Positions 36,279 to 47,927 are shown, counted from the stretch's first letter. The stretch is DNA of 64,000 nt from Saccharolobus solfataricus P2 (GCF_000007005.1 NC_002754.1), one strand, 5' to 3'. Numbers and translations are program-made. The notes: generated by a model not told the origin, from the sequence alone.

Positions 36279-36969
36279 TCTGTATCACCTCTTTTTCAAC
36301 TAATCCATCTCTAATATATACGATCCTATCCGCATATCTCATCATATCTGGGTCGTGAGTAGCCATTATAATAGTTACCTTTTTTTCTTCATTCAACTTC
36401 TTCATTAACTCCACTATTGCCTCACCTGTTTTCGAATCTAGATTTGCAGTCGGTTCGTCTGCAAGCAATATCTTGGGATCATTGGCTAAGGCTCTAGCTA
36501 TTGCAACTCTCTGTTGTTGACCTCCGGATAATTCATTAGGCTTTTTATTCTTAAGTTCTAACATACCGGGTATCATGGACAGAATCTCTTCTGCTTTCTC
36601 CCTCCTTTTCCATACGGGGATCCCTATAGCTGCTAAAGCTAATTCCACGTTCTCAAGAACTGTCAGATACGTAATTAAATTATATGACTGAAATACAAAA
36701 CCTATATATCTTCTTCTAAAAATTGCTCTCTCATCTTCATCAAAATTCGTAACATCTATTCCATCTATTATTATTTTACCAGCACTAGGTGAATCTAAAA
36801 GGCCTAGCAAATCTAAAAGTGTGGTTTTGCCAGATCCAGAAGGACCAGCAATAACCAAGAATTCTCCTTTATTTACTTTCAAAGTTACTCCTCTTAATGC
36901 AACGTATTCAATATTTTTAGTTTTGTATACTTTCTTTAAATCCATAGCATCGATTAAGATATCGGTCAT
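36271..36969 (-). CDS. ABC transporter ATP-binding protein (LolD/MacB type)
   Basis: GPSGSGKTT, LSGGQQQRVAIARAL, LLADEPT. ATG 36969 preferred over the track start 37011. Confidence 0.92.
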   Translation of the reverse strand: MTDILIDAMDLKKVYKTKNIEYVALRGVTLKVNKGEFLVIAGPSGSGKTTLLDLLGLLDSPSAGKIIIDGIDVTNFDEDERAIFRRRYIGFVFQSYNLITYLTVLENVELALAAIGIPVWKRREKAEEILSMIPGMLELKNKKPNELSGGQQQRVAIARALANDPKILLADEPTANLDSKTGEAIVELMKKLNEEKKVTIIMATHDPDMMRYADRIVYIRDGLVEKEVIQNE

Positions 36970-37365
36970 ATAATCGACTCTATTGGCTCCCTCTAAAAAA
37001 TCTTTTGGCAATAGATGCTAGTGTAGACTAGAGTTTTGTTAATTTAGTATAAATCATTTAAAGTATCCGTTTATCTCCAATTTAACATATGATTTAGCTG
37101 TCATCAAGAAAGAAGATGTCACAATTTTTAATCTTTTTCAGAAACTTTGTTACGTAGTTGGGGCATTTGGTGAGACTGCTATTCGAGGAATTTAAACTAA
37201 GTTTCAAACTAATGAAATTGTTGTCAATACTTGCGGGCAATATAAAATACGCCAAAGAGGGAATAGTATTACGTTTACGAAATAGAAGGACGATAGGAGT
37301 AATGTAAAGGAACGTTACATACGTGCTTTAGACAATATAATTGAAACGCGCATTAATATTGAGGA

Positions 37366-37383
37366 TGTGGGGGATACCCCACA
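37366..37383. repeat. GC-rich perfect hairpin TGTGGGG-GATA-CCCCACA two nt beyond the 3' end of tRNA-Phe
   Basis: 7-bp inverted repeat with a 4-nt loop, read directly. Confidence 0.6.
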
Positions 37384-37384
37384 G

Positions 37385-37458
37385 TGCCGCCGCGGGGACT
37401 TGAACCCCGGACAACCCGGTCTTCAGCCGGGCGCTCTCCCGGGCTGAGCTACGGCGGC
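37385..37458 (-). tRNA. tRNA-Phe (GAA), no intron, CCA not encoded
   Basis: GCCGCCG/CGGCGGC acceptor stem, CCCGG-CTGAAGA-CCGGG anticodon arm, GGTTCAAGTCC T loop, upstream AAAAGTTAAAAAG promoter. Confidence 0.97.
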
Positions 37459-37510
37459 ATAATAATAATATAGATATGACTTTTTAACTTTTATTGTCAT
37501 TACTTCTAAC

Positions 37511-37589
37511 GGGGATCTGGCGACACCCTTGGAGAACCCTAAATATTTAGGGATTCGATGAATTAGGGTCTCCAGAGATCCCCACAGTA
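37511..37589 (+). ncRNA. candidate structured RNA (long hairpin followed by ACA; H/ACA-like or 5' leader)
   Basis: GGGGATCT 37511-18 pairs with AGATCCCC 37576-83, then ACA 37584-86. Inner stems TGGAGA/TCTCCA and ACCCTAA/TTAGGGT. Confidence 0.5.
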
Positions 37590-37599
37590 GGTGACGGAA

Positions 37600-38142
37600 A
37601 TGAAGATTTTAATAGTTACCCTAACTTACATTGAAAAATCAATAATAGATGAAATTGTTAATAATCTTTCAAGCTATGGATTAGAAGTTGATATATTGTT
37701 AGATAGTAGGAAATATCTTCCTATTTCTGCCTTTAATTGGGAAAGATTGCAATACGACGCTGAAAAAGTATTGAGCTTCCTTAAGTCAATACACGACTTT
37801 AACTATGACTCAATAATATTCTTAGCAGATTCCGACGGCTATATTGATGGTTATAATTTTGTATTTGGATTAACTATAGATAATTTTGCCATTATTTTTC
37901 TGCATAGATTACGAGAAGAGTTTTATAACAGAAAACCAGATTTAGATTTGTTTATGAAAAGAGTAGTTAAGGAAGTAACTCACGAAGTAGGTCATACATT
38001 AGGGCTAAGTCATTGTAATACAACCGGTTGTGTTATGAATTTCAGCAATTCAGTTGAGGATGTAGATAAAAAACAAGCTAAGTTTTGTAAAAATTGCGCA
38101 CATAAAATAGAAAAATTATCTAAATATCTACAACAAAAGTAA
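37600..38142 (+). CDS. amzA: archaemetzincin zinc metalloprotease
   Basis: HEVGHTLGLSHC (HExxHxxGxxHC), CVMNFSNS, FCKNC. ATG 37600 or GTG 37591. Confidence 0.9.
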   Translation: MKILIVTLTYIEKSIIDEIVNNLSSYGLEVDILLDSRKYLPISAFNWERLQYDAEKVLSFLKSIHDFNYDSIIFLADSDGYIDGYNFVFGLTIDNFAIIFLHRLREEFYNRKPDLDLFMKRVVKEVTHEVGHTLGLSHCNTTGCVMNFSNSVEDVDKKQAKFCKNCAHKIEKLSKYLQQK

Positions 38143-38539
38143 TAACATAACCGCTTTCTGTTTTTTCTATTGATAACTGATGATAAGTCATTGCTTTTAC
38201 TACGGTTCTTCTCTCATGTATTTTATCGTTAAATCTTTCTCCCCATGCTTTTCCTTCTAAAGTTATAGAATCTTGATCTATCATAAGATCGAATTTACTG
38301 AAGATCATTAATTCAGAATCATAATAATATAGAAGTTCCTCTATCCATTTATATAACAAATTTTCCAAATCATATCCATTTAAATAAATTTCACGATATT
38401 CTACAGGTCTTACTTTCGAGGTATCAGTAATTACTTCAAAAACTCCTAACGCAGCATTTGAGAATGCCTCTTCCAAGGATCTACCATACGATTTAATACC
38501 GACATCTGCTGTATGTTCAAAGAATTCAAACTGCCTCAT
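38120..38539 (-). CDS. archease
   Basis: FEFFEHTADVGI, VKAMTYHQL, C-terminal VVDI. Confidence 0.93.
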   Translation of the reverse strand: MRQFEFFEHTADVGIKSYGRSLEEAFSNAALGVFEVITDTSKVRPVEYREIYLNGYDLENLLYKWIEELLYYYDSELMIFSKFDLMIDQDSITLEGKAWGERFNDKIHERRTVVKAMTYHQLSIEKTESGYVITFVVDI

Positions 38540-38587
38540 ATAACTTTATAACATTTCTTCGCATTAATAGTTATTTGATGATATAAC

Positions 38588-38683
38588 ATGGGAGGAAGAC
38601 AAAAGACAACATTATTTATGACAAAAGAAGTTAGAAAAGAAAAGAAGACTAGTCAAACTAGTCCTCAACCCTCTTCAAAATAA
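38588..38683 (+). CDS. candidate 31-aa basic micro-protein MGGRQKTTLFMTKEVRKEKKTSQTSPQPSSK
   Basis: ATG 38588 to TAA 38683, translated by hand. Fills the gap between archease and cedA2. Confidence 0.3.
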   Translation: MGGRQKTTLFMTKEVRKEKKTSQTSPQPSSK

Positions 38684-38813
38684 ATTTGCTTATTACTAGC
38701 AGAACTAAAACGAGCAGAGTGGTGTAAATAATAACGTAATTGTTTTTTGAATACACAAAGGCTAGGATACTATCTATTATTATAAGTATTATCATTAGAT
38801 TACTGCTTTTCAC
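38658..38813 (-). CDS. cedA2: CedA2 small membrane protein of the Ced DNA-import system (not in ORF track)
   Basis: GTG 38813 with AGGTGA SD. 51 aa MKSSNLMIILIIIDSILAFVYSKNNYVIIYTTLLVLVLLVISKFILKRVED, two hydrophobic helices, directly after cedA. Confidence 0.75.
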   Translation of the reverse strand: MKSSNLMIILIIIDSILAFVYSKNNYVIIYTTLLVLVLLVISKFILKRVED

Positions 38814-38823
38814 TTTCCATCAC

Positions 38824-39627
38824 CTAAAACAAGTCTAATGGAAATGGAACTCGACCACTTGAGCCTCCGATTGCATTGCCTAACCCTAGTGATATGCCAG
38901 CTAAAATACTTAAATAAAGCATGGGTATTATTATAAATACAATTACTAGTTCTGGAACTACACCAGCTATAGTCTCAACCAACGTGTTTACATCGGTAAT
39001 CGTAGATAATTGAGATCCTATTTGAGAAAGCGTAATAGAGGACATTTCTTGCATGAAAATTGGTAAATATGGCAAACCGATATAAAATATAATTGCAGAC
39101 GATATTAAAGTCCCTCCTACTCCCTTTCCCATTCTAAAAGGAAGTGATAGTAAAAGAATACCAATTGCTATAAGTATCATGTACGATTGTTGTATAAATT
39201 CTCCTAGATCTATAAAAAATTGTAATAAAAAAATTATATCAGTAATAAATGAGGAAAACTGAAGTACTGGATCTGCAAGAAGGGCAAGAGCCATTGATAT
39301 CTTCTCAGTCGTAATAATATAATATAAACTCTTAACTTGAATAAGCGCGCTAAACATATTAGCTTGTAATTGTAAAATTGACGAAAAGAAACTACTCCAA
39401 TCTACTCCAAGTAAGCTTTGAATTTGGCCTATCGCAAAAATTATAATACCATAAATGTTTACCCATACAGCGGCATATATTGCATCACTCATCATTCTTG
39501 GTCCCCATTTTTTTAAGCCATAAATAGGAATTGGCAAGCCGTAAAATAACGTACCAACCGCATATGTTAATGTCGCTATATTCATCGCTATGTATAATAT
39601 ATAGAATGGAGAATATCCACTGCTCAT
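38824..39627 (-). CDS. cedA: CedA DNA-import membrane protein (VirB6-like)
   Basis: Multi-pass protein, GTLFYGLPIPIYGLKKWGPRMMSDAI and LLSLPFRMGKGVGG. ATG 39627 overlaps the cedA1 stop (ATGA). Confidence 0.8.
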   Translation of the reverse strand: MSSGYSPFYILYIAMNIATLTYAVGTLFYGLPIPIYGLKKWGPRMMSDAIYAAVWVNIYGIIIFAIGQIQSLLGVDWSSFFSSILQLQANMFSALIQVKSLYYIITTEKISMALALLADPVLQFSSFITDIIFLLQFFIDLGEFIQQSYMILIAIGILLLSLPFRMGKGVGGTLISSAIIFYIGLPYLPIFMQEMSSITLSQIGSQLSTITDVNTLVETIAGVVPELVIVFIIIPMLYLSILAGISLGLGNAIGGSSGRVPFPLDLF

Positions 39628-39866
39628 GATCCCACTTGTGAAGCTAGATAAGTTATTAATGAGAACACTGTTGTTCCTAATGCAATCCAAAACGCTGCTA
39701 ATATCGCATCTTCTATCAAATCTTGGCCAGTTCTTTTAATTCTGAAAATAGGTATTGGCGCGCCCCTTAATGCCCATCCAACGGCCCACGCTAATATAAA
39801 AACGCTCCAAGCAACCTCAGTAACTTGTGTGTCTAGATTTTGTACAAATTGAACTATATTAGCCAT
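39624..39866 (-). CDS. cedA1: CedA1 pilin-like protein (VirB2-like)
   Basis: AWSVFILAWAVGWALRGAPIP...GQDLIEDAILAAFWIALG two-helix pattern upstream of cedA. Confidence 0.8.
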   Translation of the reverse strand: MANIVQFVQNLDTQVTEVAWSVFILAWAVGWALRGAPIPIFRIKRTGQDLIEDAILAAFWIALGTTVFSLITYLASQVGS

Positions 39867-40435
39867 CACTTATCGTTGATATTTTTTTCTTTTAATGGCT
39901 GAGAGTTATGTGAAACTGATGATAGATAGTCCAGAATTAATTTCACTATATTATTAATGTCTATATTTGAGGTATTTATAACTAAATCGAATACCGATAA
40001 ATCATTAATATCGATACCATAGAATTTGTTAAACCTTTTATAATGCATGTATTCTCTTCTAATAATTTGCGAGACTGCTTCGACATATGATATTTTATCC
40101 CTAATAGCTATTCTATTTGCCCTGATTTTAAGTGGTGCCCACAAATATATTGCAACATCAGTATATTCTCTAAATATCCAGCCTGCAATATGTGACTCTA
40201 CGATAAGGTTTCTCTCCCTTAATACATATTCGTGAATCTTTTTATCAACCATCTTATCAATATCAAAATTGGATTCTGCAACCCTATTCAAATTTATGAT
40301 ATCTAATCCCATGCTTTGAGCGATATCTCTGAAAATTTTTCCGGCTGATATAAATTTATATGATAGTTCGTTTGCGAGCTTTATTGCAACTGAGGTCTTA
40401 CCACTACCTGGAGGACCGCTTATTATAATTATCAT
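39866..40435 (-). CDS. cmk: cytidylate kinase
   Basis: [33 protein letters not shown]. Confidence 0.93.
39890..39917 (-). promoter_or_regulatory. putative ced promoter inside the cmk 3' end: AGTTTC DNA-damage-responsive hexamer plus TTAAAA TATA
   Basis: Minus strand AGTTTC 39917-39912 and TTAAAA 39895-39890, about 25 nt above the cedA1 ATG. ANTTTC is the reported Sulfolobus UV-inducible promoter motif. Confidence 0.45.
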
Positions 40436-40476
40436 CCAATTTCTTCCTCATTAAAATTAAAAATTATAAAATTATC

Positions 40477-40743
40477 TCATTGAAGTTGTTGCCTTACAGT
40501 AGCTTTGATTAGTTGAGTAAGGCAAGATGAGCACAAGTATCCGCCAAAAGGCCTTTCTGGTCTCTTCTCTGACTTACTATATTTATGCAAAAAGTTAGTT
40601 TTTACACCATGTAAAGGTTTCTTACATATAGCGCATATCGCAATATCGTTTCTCTTTCTTTCATAATGTATAACAGTCTTTCCACTTGGCAACTTTACAT
40701 AAACCCTCCTAAGTGACCTAGAGCGTAAAGCTGGTCTAGGCAT
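40477..40743 (-). CDS. rpl34e: 50S ribosomal protein L34e
   Basis: [28 protein letters not shown]. Confidence 0.95.
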   Translation of the reverse strand: MPRPALRSRSLRRVYVKLPSGKTVIHYERKRNDIAICAICKKPLHGVKTNFLHKYSKSEKRPERPFGGYLCSSCLTQLIKATVRQQLQ

Positions 40744-40756
40744 ATCTTAATCTATC

Positions 40757-41206
40757 CTATCTTGTTTTTAAATTTGATCTTAAAGATAGAGGGGTAAATA
40801 AGATATAAGATGCTATAAACTCAAAGAGAGACCCGTTGAGCATTAAATACATATTACTACTACTCTTCGCTGTAAGATAAGGTATATAGAATGGCAGATA
40901 TATATTAGTATTTAAGTAATTCAATATAATTACAAGATCAACTATATAAACGCCCACTAATATCATTGAACGCAAAAACATATAATATCTAACAGAAGAG
41001 ATATAGGATTCTAGCTCTTTAGAAATTTTCTTGTAAGCCTTTTCTCTTCTTTTCGACGAGGCTATATTCTTTAACCTCTCTTCGTACTTTTCGACGAGGC
41101 TTATCTTATTGATTATTTTCCCATAAAAATAATACTTGTAGATCAAATAAACAACAAAATTCGAGAAAAGCGAAATCAAAAAAATGTATATTGTATTTAA
41201 CTCCAT
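40757..41206 (-). CDS. DUF106/EMC3-like (Oxa1 superfamily) membrane protein
   Basis: TM, coiled coil, two TMs, in the conserved position between adk and rpl34e. Confidence 0.65.
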   Translation of the reverse strand: MELNTIYIFLISLFSNFVVYLIYKYYFYGKIINKISLVEKYEERLKNIASSKRREKAYKKISKELESYISSVRYYMFLRSMILVGVYIVDLVIILNYLNTNIYLPFYIPYLTAKSSSNMYLMLNGSLFEFIASYILFTPLSLRSNLKTR

Positions 41207-41210
41207 ACTT

Positions 41211-43210
<2,000 letters not shown>

Positions 43211-43226
43211 AATTTACTCAAAAAAA

Positions 43227-43661
43227 TTACTCAGTTGGGCTTAATATTACTTCTCCTCCCATCTCCTTCACTTTCTGTATTGCCTTATTAGTAGCCTTAC
43301 CTACTTTTATAGTAACGGGAATACTTATACTACCTCCACCAAGTAATTTATTATACCCTAACTCGTTTAAGTCTACTATCTTTTTTCCATCCATTTCCTT
43401 AATTTTTATATAACCACTTTCTAATAACTCATTTAATTTCCTCAATGAAATAGCGCTTGTTAACTTTGTAGTTGGATTTCTGAATCCGTGCTTACCATAC
43501 CATCCTTTGCCATATTTAACTAACCATGACCATTTCTCCTTGTGCATACCAATTTGCCTACCACCTTGTGAACCTCTATCTCTATGCTGCCCTCTAATAC
43601 CCCATCCCATTGTTCGTGATCCTCTCATTTTTCTACTCTTTTTCTCTCTTCTTACTACCAT
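43227..43661 (-). CDS. rpl15: 50S ribosomal protein uL15
   Basis: RGSRTMGWG, GKHGF, YNKLLGGG. Confidence 0.95.
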   Translation of the reverse strand: MVVRREKKSRKMRGSRTMGWGIRGQHRDRGSQGGRQIGMHKEKWSWLVKYGKGWYGKHGFRNPTTKLTSAISLRKLNELLESGYIKIKEMDGKKIVDLNELGYNKLLGGGSISIPVTIKVGKATNKAIQKVKEMGGEVILSPTE

Positions 43662-43663
43662 CC

Positions 43664-44140
43664 TTACACCATCCTCCTCATTAATTCGTTTATCTTATCT
43701 CCCCTATATCCAAACTCACCTTTATTTTTATAGGGCCTTTTAACACTCCCCTTAAACCCTCCTCTAGGTGGATGCAAGCGAATAGGCAACTTGAAATATT
43801 CATCAAGTTTATGTAAGTAAATTTTACCCTCATACAATTGTTTTACCATTGCATCAATATTTTCTATCTTCAACACTTCTTTCACATAACTATCCGAAAC
43901 CTTATCCCCTTTTACCGTTTCAAGTCTATTTATAATTAGTAGCTTTAAAGTATCTGGATCTATCTCACCCCATGTAATATATGGAGAAACTTTATTCAGC
44001 ATACCAAGTATTTGAGACGTTTTTGGATATACCATGGTATTGAAATTATACCTTAATCTCAACATATTTAATGTTTCATTAATATACCAAGGGGCCTTCG
44101 CCCAACCTCTAATCCTAATTATGCCTAATAACTCCACCAC
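43664..44140 (-). CDS. rpl30: 50S ribosomal protein uL30
   Basis: IIRIRG, LHPPRGGFK, FGYRGDKINEL. Confidence 0.95.
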   Translation of the reverse strand: MVELLGIIRIRGWAKAPWYINETLNMLRLRYNFNTMVYPKTSQILGMLNKVSPYITWGEIDPDTLKLLIINRLETVKGDKVSDSYVKEVLKIENIDAMVKQLYEGKIYLHKLDEYFKLPIRLHPPRGGFKGSVKRPYKNKGEFGYRGDKINELMRRMV

Positions 44141-44146
44141 TTCTGC

Positions 44147-44791
44147 TTACCTCTTCCTAACCCAATCCTGTAAAGTAACAAATTTATATGTATTATAAAG
44201 TGCACTGTATCCAGCTCTAACAAAATTCTCTGTAGTTCTAGTCTCACCCTTTGTGGTAGACCAAGCATCCTTTATACCAGCATAAGTTAACAAGGTCTTT
44301 AGTACGCTTCCAACCACTAATCCAGTACCTTTAGGTGCAGGCAATAAGTCAACTTCTACACTGCCCGCCTTACCAACTACCTTAAATGGCAAACTATGTG
44401 GCTCACCACATGTACACTGCCAGCTACCACACCCTCTTCTTACTGGTATTATATTCATCTTAGCATCCCTAATTGCCTTCTGAATTGCAACCCTTAACTG
44501 TTTAGCTTTTCCAGTTCCTATACTGACATATCCATCCATGTTGCCCATTATAACTAGAACTTTATATCTAGATATTTCTCCTGCATCAGTTTGCTTCTGA
44601 ACTACTTTAATATCTACAACTTCATATTTTAGTTTAGGTAGTAGCACGTCTACAATTTCTGGTTCAGTAATAGGAAGATTCCTATCAAATAGTTCCTTTA
44701 TAGATGATATTTTTCCTTCCTTTACTAGACTACCTATAGAGGTTCGTGGTTTCCATTCTTCTATATTTAAACTTGGTACTTCCTCTGCCAT
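44147..44791 (-). CDS. rps5: 30S ribosomal protein uS5
   Basis: WKPRT, QKQTDAGE, VRRGCGSWQC, PAPKGTGL. ATG 44791. Confidence 0.96.
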   Translation of the reverse strand: MAEEVPSLNIEEWKPRTSIGSLVKEGKISSIKELFDRNLPITEPEIVDVLLPKLKYEVVDIKVVQKQTDAGEISRYKVLVIMGNMDGYVSIGTGKAKQLRVAIQKAIRDAKMNIIPVRRGCGSWQCTCGEPHSLPFKVVGKAGSVEVDLLPAPKGTGLVVGSVLKTLLTYAGIKDAWSTTKGETRTTENFVRAGYSALYNTYKFVTLQDWVRKR

Positions 44792-44792
44792 T

Positions 44793-45392
44793 TTAACCAC
44801 CAGAAGATTTAATCTTATTTAATATTTCCTCAAAATGAGAAGGCAAGTTCTCGGGGTTTAGTCCCCTTTGTAAATACCTTGAAAACAATTTACTATATAA
44901 GTCCGAATTCTCAGATTTTAACTTCTCAGCATACTTTGCTATATGCTCTCCCTTTATTCTATCATTTTCTATACTTATGTCGCCTATCGGAATTTTCAAT
45001 CCAGCATCAATTGCACCTTTTATCACATAAAACACCCTGTTACCCTTAGATGGTACATGAAGCCCAATATCCGCCACGCACTCAGTTACACCTCTCTTTA
45101 TAGCTCTTAAGCCTGCTAAATATCCGGTCAGGTATGCAGCTGGAGTGTTATTTTCATCACCCTTCCATCCGAACTTTTTAGCAAGTTCAGCTGAATGAGC
45201 ACTAGCAATCATAATATCGCCTTTAGGATCGATTTTTGCAATCTGGACTATAACGTATTTGTTTGTTATTCTTACAATAAACCTTGTTTGTTTACTTATA
45301 ACATAGACATATCTTTTATAGTAGTTAGTTTTTCCTTCTCTTCTTCTTCTGGGTTTTACCTTATAATTAGGACCATTGGCCAATTTATTCAC
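44793..45392 (-). CDS. rpl18: 50S ribosomal protein uL18
   Basis: [29 protein letters not shown]. Confidence 0.96.
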   Translation of the reverse strand: MNKLANGPNYKVKPRRRREGKTNYYKRYVYVISKQTRFIVRITNKYVIVQIAKIDPKGDIMIASAHSAELAKKFGWKGDENNTPAAYLTGYLAGLRAIKRGVTECVADIGLHVPSKGNRVFYVIKGAIDAGLKIPIGDISIENDRIKGEHIAKYAEKLKSENSDLYSKLFSRYLQRGLNPENLPSHFEEILNKIKSSGG

Positions 45393-45844
45393 CCTTTAAT
45401 TTTCCCCATTTGTATTAGGACATTTCTGACATCAGAAACTCCCTTATAGTTGCCGCCTTTCGTTTTTAAGTATAATTCCCTGTAAGTATGTCTATCAATA
45501 ACCTTATGATCTCTCAACCACTTTAGATAAGCTCTTATTTTTCTTACCCTTTTAACCCACATTTGTTTACTATTAGCCCTTGCTCCCTTCTTGCCTTTTC
45601 TGCTCCCTGACTTCTTTCCTTCGCTCTTAAGGCTCCTCTTCTTTCGCCTTTCCTTTAATCTACCACCGCTTATTCCAACCTTTTTTAGGACTATAATCTT
45701 ACCATCTTTTATTAAATTTCTAATTTCATCTCTGGTTAATGAGCTTTGAACATCCTCAATGTAATCCTCAACGACCTTAATTCTGTTTATACCTACCCCT
45801 GCAATCGATGCTGCTAATCTTTTTTGCGCTTTCAAGTTAGTCAT
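45389..45844 (-). CDS. rpl19e: 50S ribosomal protein L19e
   Basis: [34 protein letters not shown]. Confidence 0.96.
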   Translation of the reverse strand: MTNLKAQKRLAASIAGVGINRIKVVEDYIEDVQSSLTRDEIRNLIKDGKIIVLKKVGISGGRLKERRKKRSLKSEGKKSGSRKGKKGARANSKQMWVKRVRKIRAYLKWLRDHKVIDRHTYRELYLKTKGGNYKGVSDVRNVLIQMGKIKG

Positions 45845-46257
45845 GTAACTACACCCTCATTACTTACTTTCAGACCCAATTCCCTAGCTTTATTTAGAAT
45901 TTCAAGCCTCTTTTTAAAACCAACTGAAGAAGATATAGTTACAATAACGTTGTCCTTTTGGTTCTGAACCTTAACTAGTTCATTAACATTATGAACTATA
46001 ACTTGCCTTAATCCACTTGGGTGGAATCCCCTAACCTTTTTAGGTAATCTATAACCTACACTCACTATTGCTGGGAATCCCCTAACTTTCAATCTAGTCT
46101 TATTATCTCTTCCATATGGTCTTCTCCATTTTTCTTGTCTTCCTAATCTGTAGAACTTATCAGAATCATACCGCAAGAACTTAGGCTTCTTTGCCTTAAG
46201 CTTCTGCCTTATTACATAAATCTTTTTCCTATACGACTGAATTCTTCCTTCGGTCAT
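45841..46257 (-). CDS. rpl32e: 50S ribosomal protein L32e
   Basis: [28 protein letters not shown]. Confidence 0.96.
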   Translation of the reverse strand: MTEGRIQSYRKKIYVIRQKLKAKKPKFLRYDSDKFYRLGRQEKWRRPYGRDNKTRLKVRGFPAIVSVGYRLPKKVRGFHPSGLRQVIVHNVNELVKVQNQKDNVIVTISSSVGFKKRLEILNKARELGLKVSNEGVVT

Positions 46258-46799
46258 TCAATCACCTCTTTTTTATAGATGAAAATTCCATCCGAGAAGA
46301 TACGTCTATCAAAACCAGATATCTTTGAAGCCGACTCGATATTAGCTGCAGTCTGAGCAACAGCCTCTAAATTCGGACCCTCCACAACTATATCTTCACC
46401 CTTCACGGTAACCTTGACGCCTTCCAATATTTGTGCCCTTCTAGTATTCTTCTCACCTATTAGATTAGTTATTTGAACTTCATTCCCTACTACCTTTACA
46501 GATGTTGGAAAGTGCGTATATATAATTTTAAGGTAATATCTATAACCCTTTGTTACGCCAGTTATCATATTTTTAATGTGACTAACTATACTATAGAAGA
46601 CAGCCTTTTTTCGTCTATTAGCAAAAGTAGTCTCTAGCACTATTTTATTCCCATCTAAACTAATTTGTATACCCTTTGCAAAGCTGAAATCTTTAACTAC
46701 TTCACCTTTAGGTCCCTTTATCTTAATTATTGACCCCTTTAGATCAACAACAACATTTTTCGGGATTTCGATTTCTTCCCTCAAAATTACTATCTGCAT
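46254..46799 (-). CDS. rpl6: 50S ribosomal protein uL6
   Basis: [35 protein letters not shown]. Confidence 0.96.
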   Translation of the reverse strand: MQIVILREEIEIPKNVVVDLKGSIIKIKGPKGEVVKDFSFAKGIQISLDGNKIVLETTFANRRKKAVFYSIVSHIKNMITGVTKGYRYYLKIIYTHFPTSVKVVGNEVQITNLIGEKNTRRAQILEGVKVTVKGEDIVVEGPNLEAVAQTAANIESASKISGFDRRIFSDGIFIYKKEVIE

Positions 46800-46808
46800 T
46801 AAAACACC

Positions 46809-47210
46809 TCAATACACGTATCCTAGTGCTACCCCACCTATTCGCAATCTTGCAGCTTCTTTATGGGACATTACACCTTTAGATGTCGAAACAATAATTA
46901 TGCCTATCTCTTTCGATGGTAGATAACGTCTAACGTAATCTGGCAACGCAATCATCTGTCTATAACTAAGAGGATATCGTGGAGTTATTGGACCGCACTT
47001 ATTAACTCTTCCTAACAACTGTACTGTTATCTTTCCCCATCTTCCATCATCAATATATTCAAATTCTCCTACATAACCTTCCTTCTGCATAACTCTTAAA
47101 ACATTTATTACTAATTTAGATGCTGGCATTATAATAGCTTGTTTATTCCTTCTCATCTCATTATTATATATGGACGTTAATGCATTTGCCAACGGATTCA
47201 CGAATACCAT
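46809..47210 (-). CDS. rps8: 30S ribosomal protein uS8
   Basis: [25 protein letters not shown]. Confidence 0.96.
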   Translation of the reverse strand: MVFVNPLANALTSIYNNEMRRNKQAIIMPASKLVINVLRVMQKEGYVGEFEYIDDGRWGKITVQLLGRVNKCGPITPRYPLSYRQMIALPDYVRRYLPSKEIGIIIVSTSKGVMSHKEAARLRIGGVALGYVY

Positions 47211-47216
47211 GACCTA

Positions 47217-47381
47217 TCACCAATATTTCCTAAATCCTAATTCATACGCGACTTCTCTAAAACACTGCCTACACAAATAAATCCCATATTTTTGAATTAC
47301 AGAATCCTTACTTCCGCATCTTTGACAAGATTGAACTCCTTTTCCATACTTTCTCTCAGCCGGAGGCTTATATTTACCCAT
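47217..47381 (-). CDS. rps14: 30S ribosomal protein uS14 (not in ORF track)
   Basis: Translated by hand: [54 protein letters not shown], Cys4 zinc finger, GGTGA SD. Confidence 0.96.
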   Translation of the reverse strand: MGKYKPPAERKYGKGVQSCQRCGSKDSVIQKYGIYLCRQCFREVAYELGFRKYW

Positions 47382-47386
47382 TTCAC

Positions 47387-47926
47387 TCACCCTTCTACCA
47401 ACTGTACATTAAAATTATTTCTTAAAAACTCCATAGCTTCCTCCTTCGTAACCCTATGCCTCTTTGGAATTTTAGCCTTCTTTCTTCTCCTTCTAGAAAT
47501 CCTATAGCCAGCCCTCTCAAGTGTAATAGCTATATCCATTCCGAATATACCTATTTCTGGATCATATCTTGCACCGGGCAAAATTACATGTTCCGCAATG
47601 CCAAAAGATACGTTACCATAATCGTCAAAGCTACTCTTCTTTAATCTGTATCCTATAGCTTCTAATACCTTTCTTAAGAATTCCTCAGCTTGTGCACCTC
47701 TCAAAGTCACTTTAACTCCAATTTCTTGACCTTTTCTAATTCCAAACTCCCTTATAGTCTTCTTGGAAATAGTATATACTGGTTTGGCTCCCGTTAGCTC
47801 TTGTAAAAGTTGATAAGCTTTTTGCAACCTATCTCCAGACTCACCTAGTCCTATGTTAACAGTAACCTTGCTTAATTTAACCTTCCTCATTGGATTCTGG
47901 CTAAGAGGTAAAGTAGACTCTGCCAT
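47387..47926 (-). CDS. rpl5: 50S ribosomal protein uL5
   Basis: [31 protein letters not shown] 47926. Confidence 0.96.
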
Positions 47927-47927
47927 T

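Noticed and set aside
37088-37384. Long frame with two internal stops downstream of tRNA-Phe (possible decayed gene) and an ATGTAA-N7-TTACAT inverted repeat
   Set aside because: No start codon or recognisable protein motif, so it cannot be distinguished from chance without a homology search.
39628-39690. 63-nt N-terminal extension of cedA given by the ORF track
   Set aside because: It overlaps cedA1 in another frame. The ATGA-coupled start at 39627 is more plausible.
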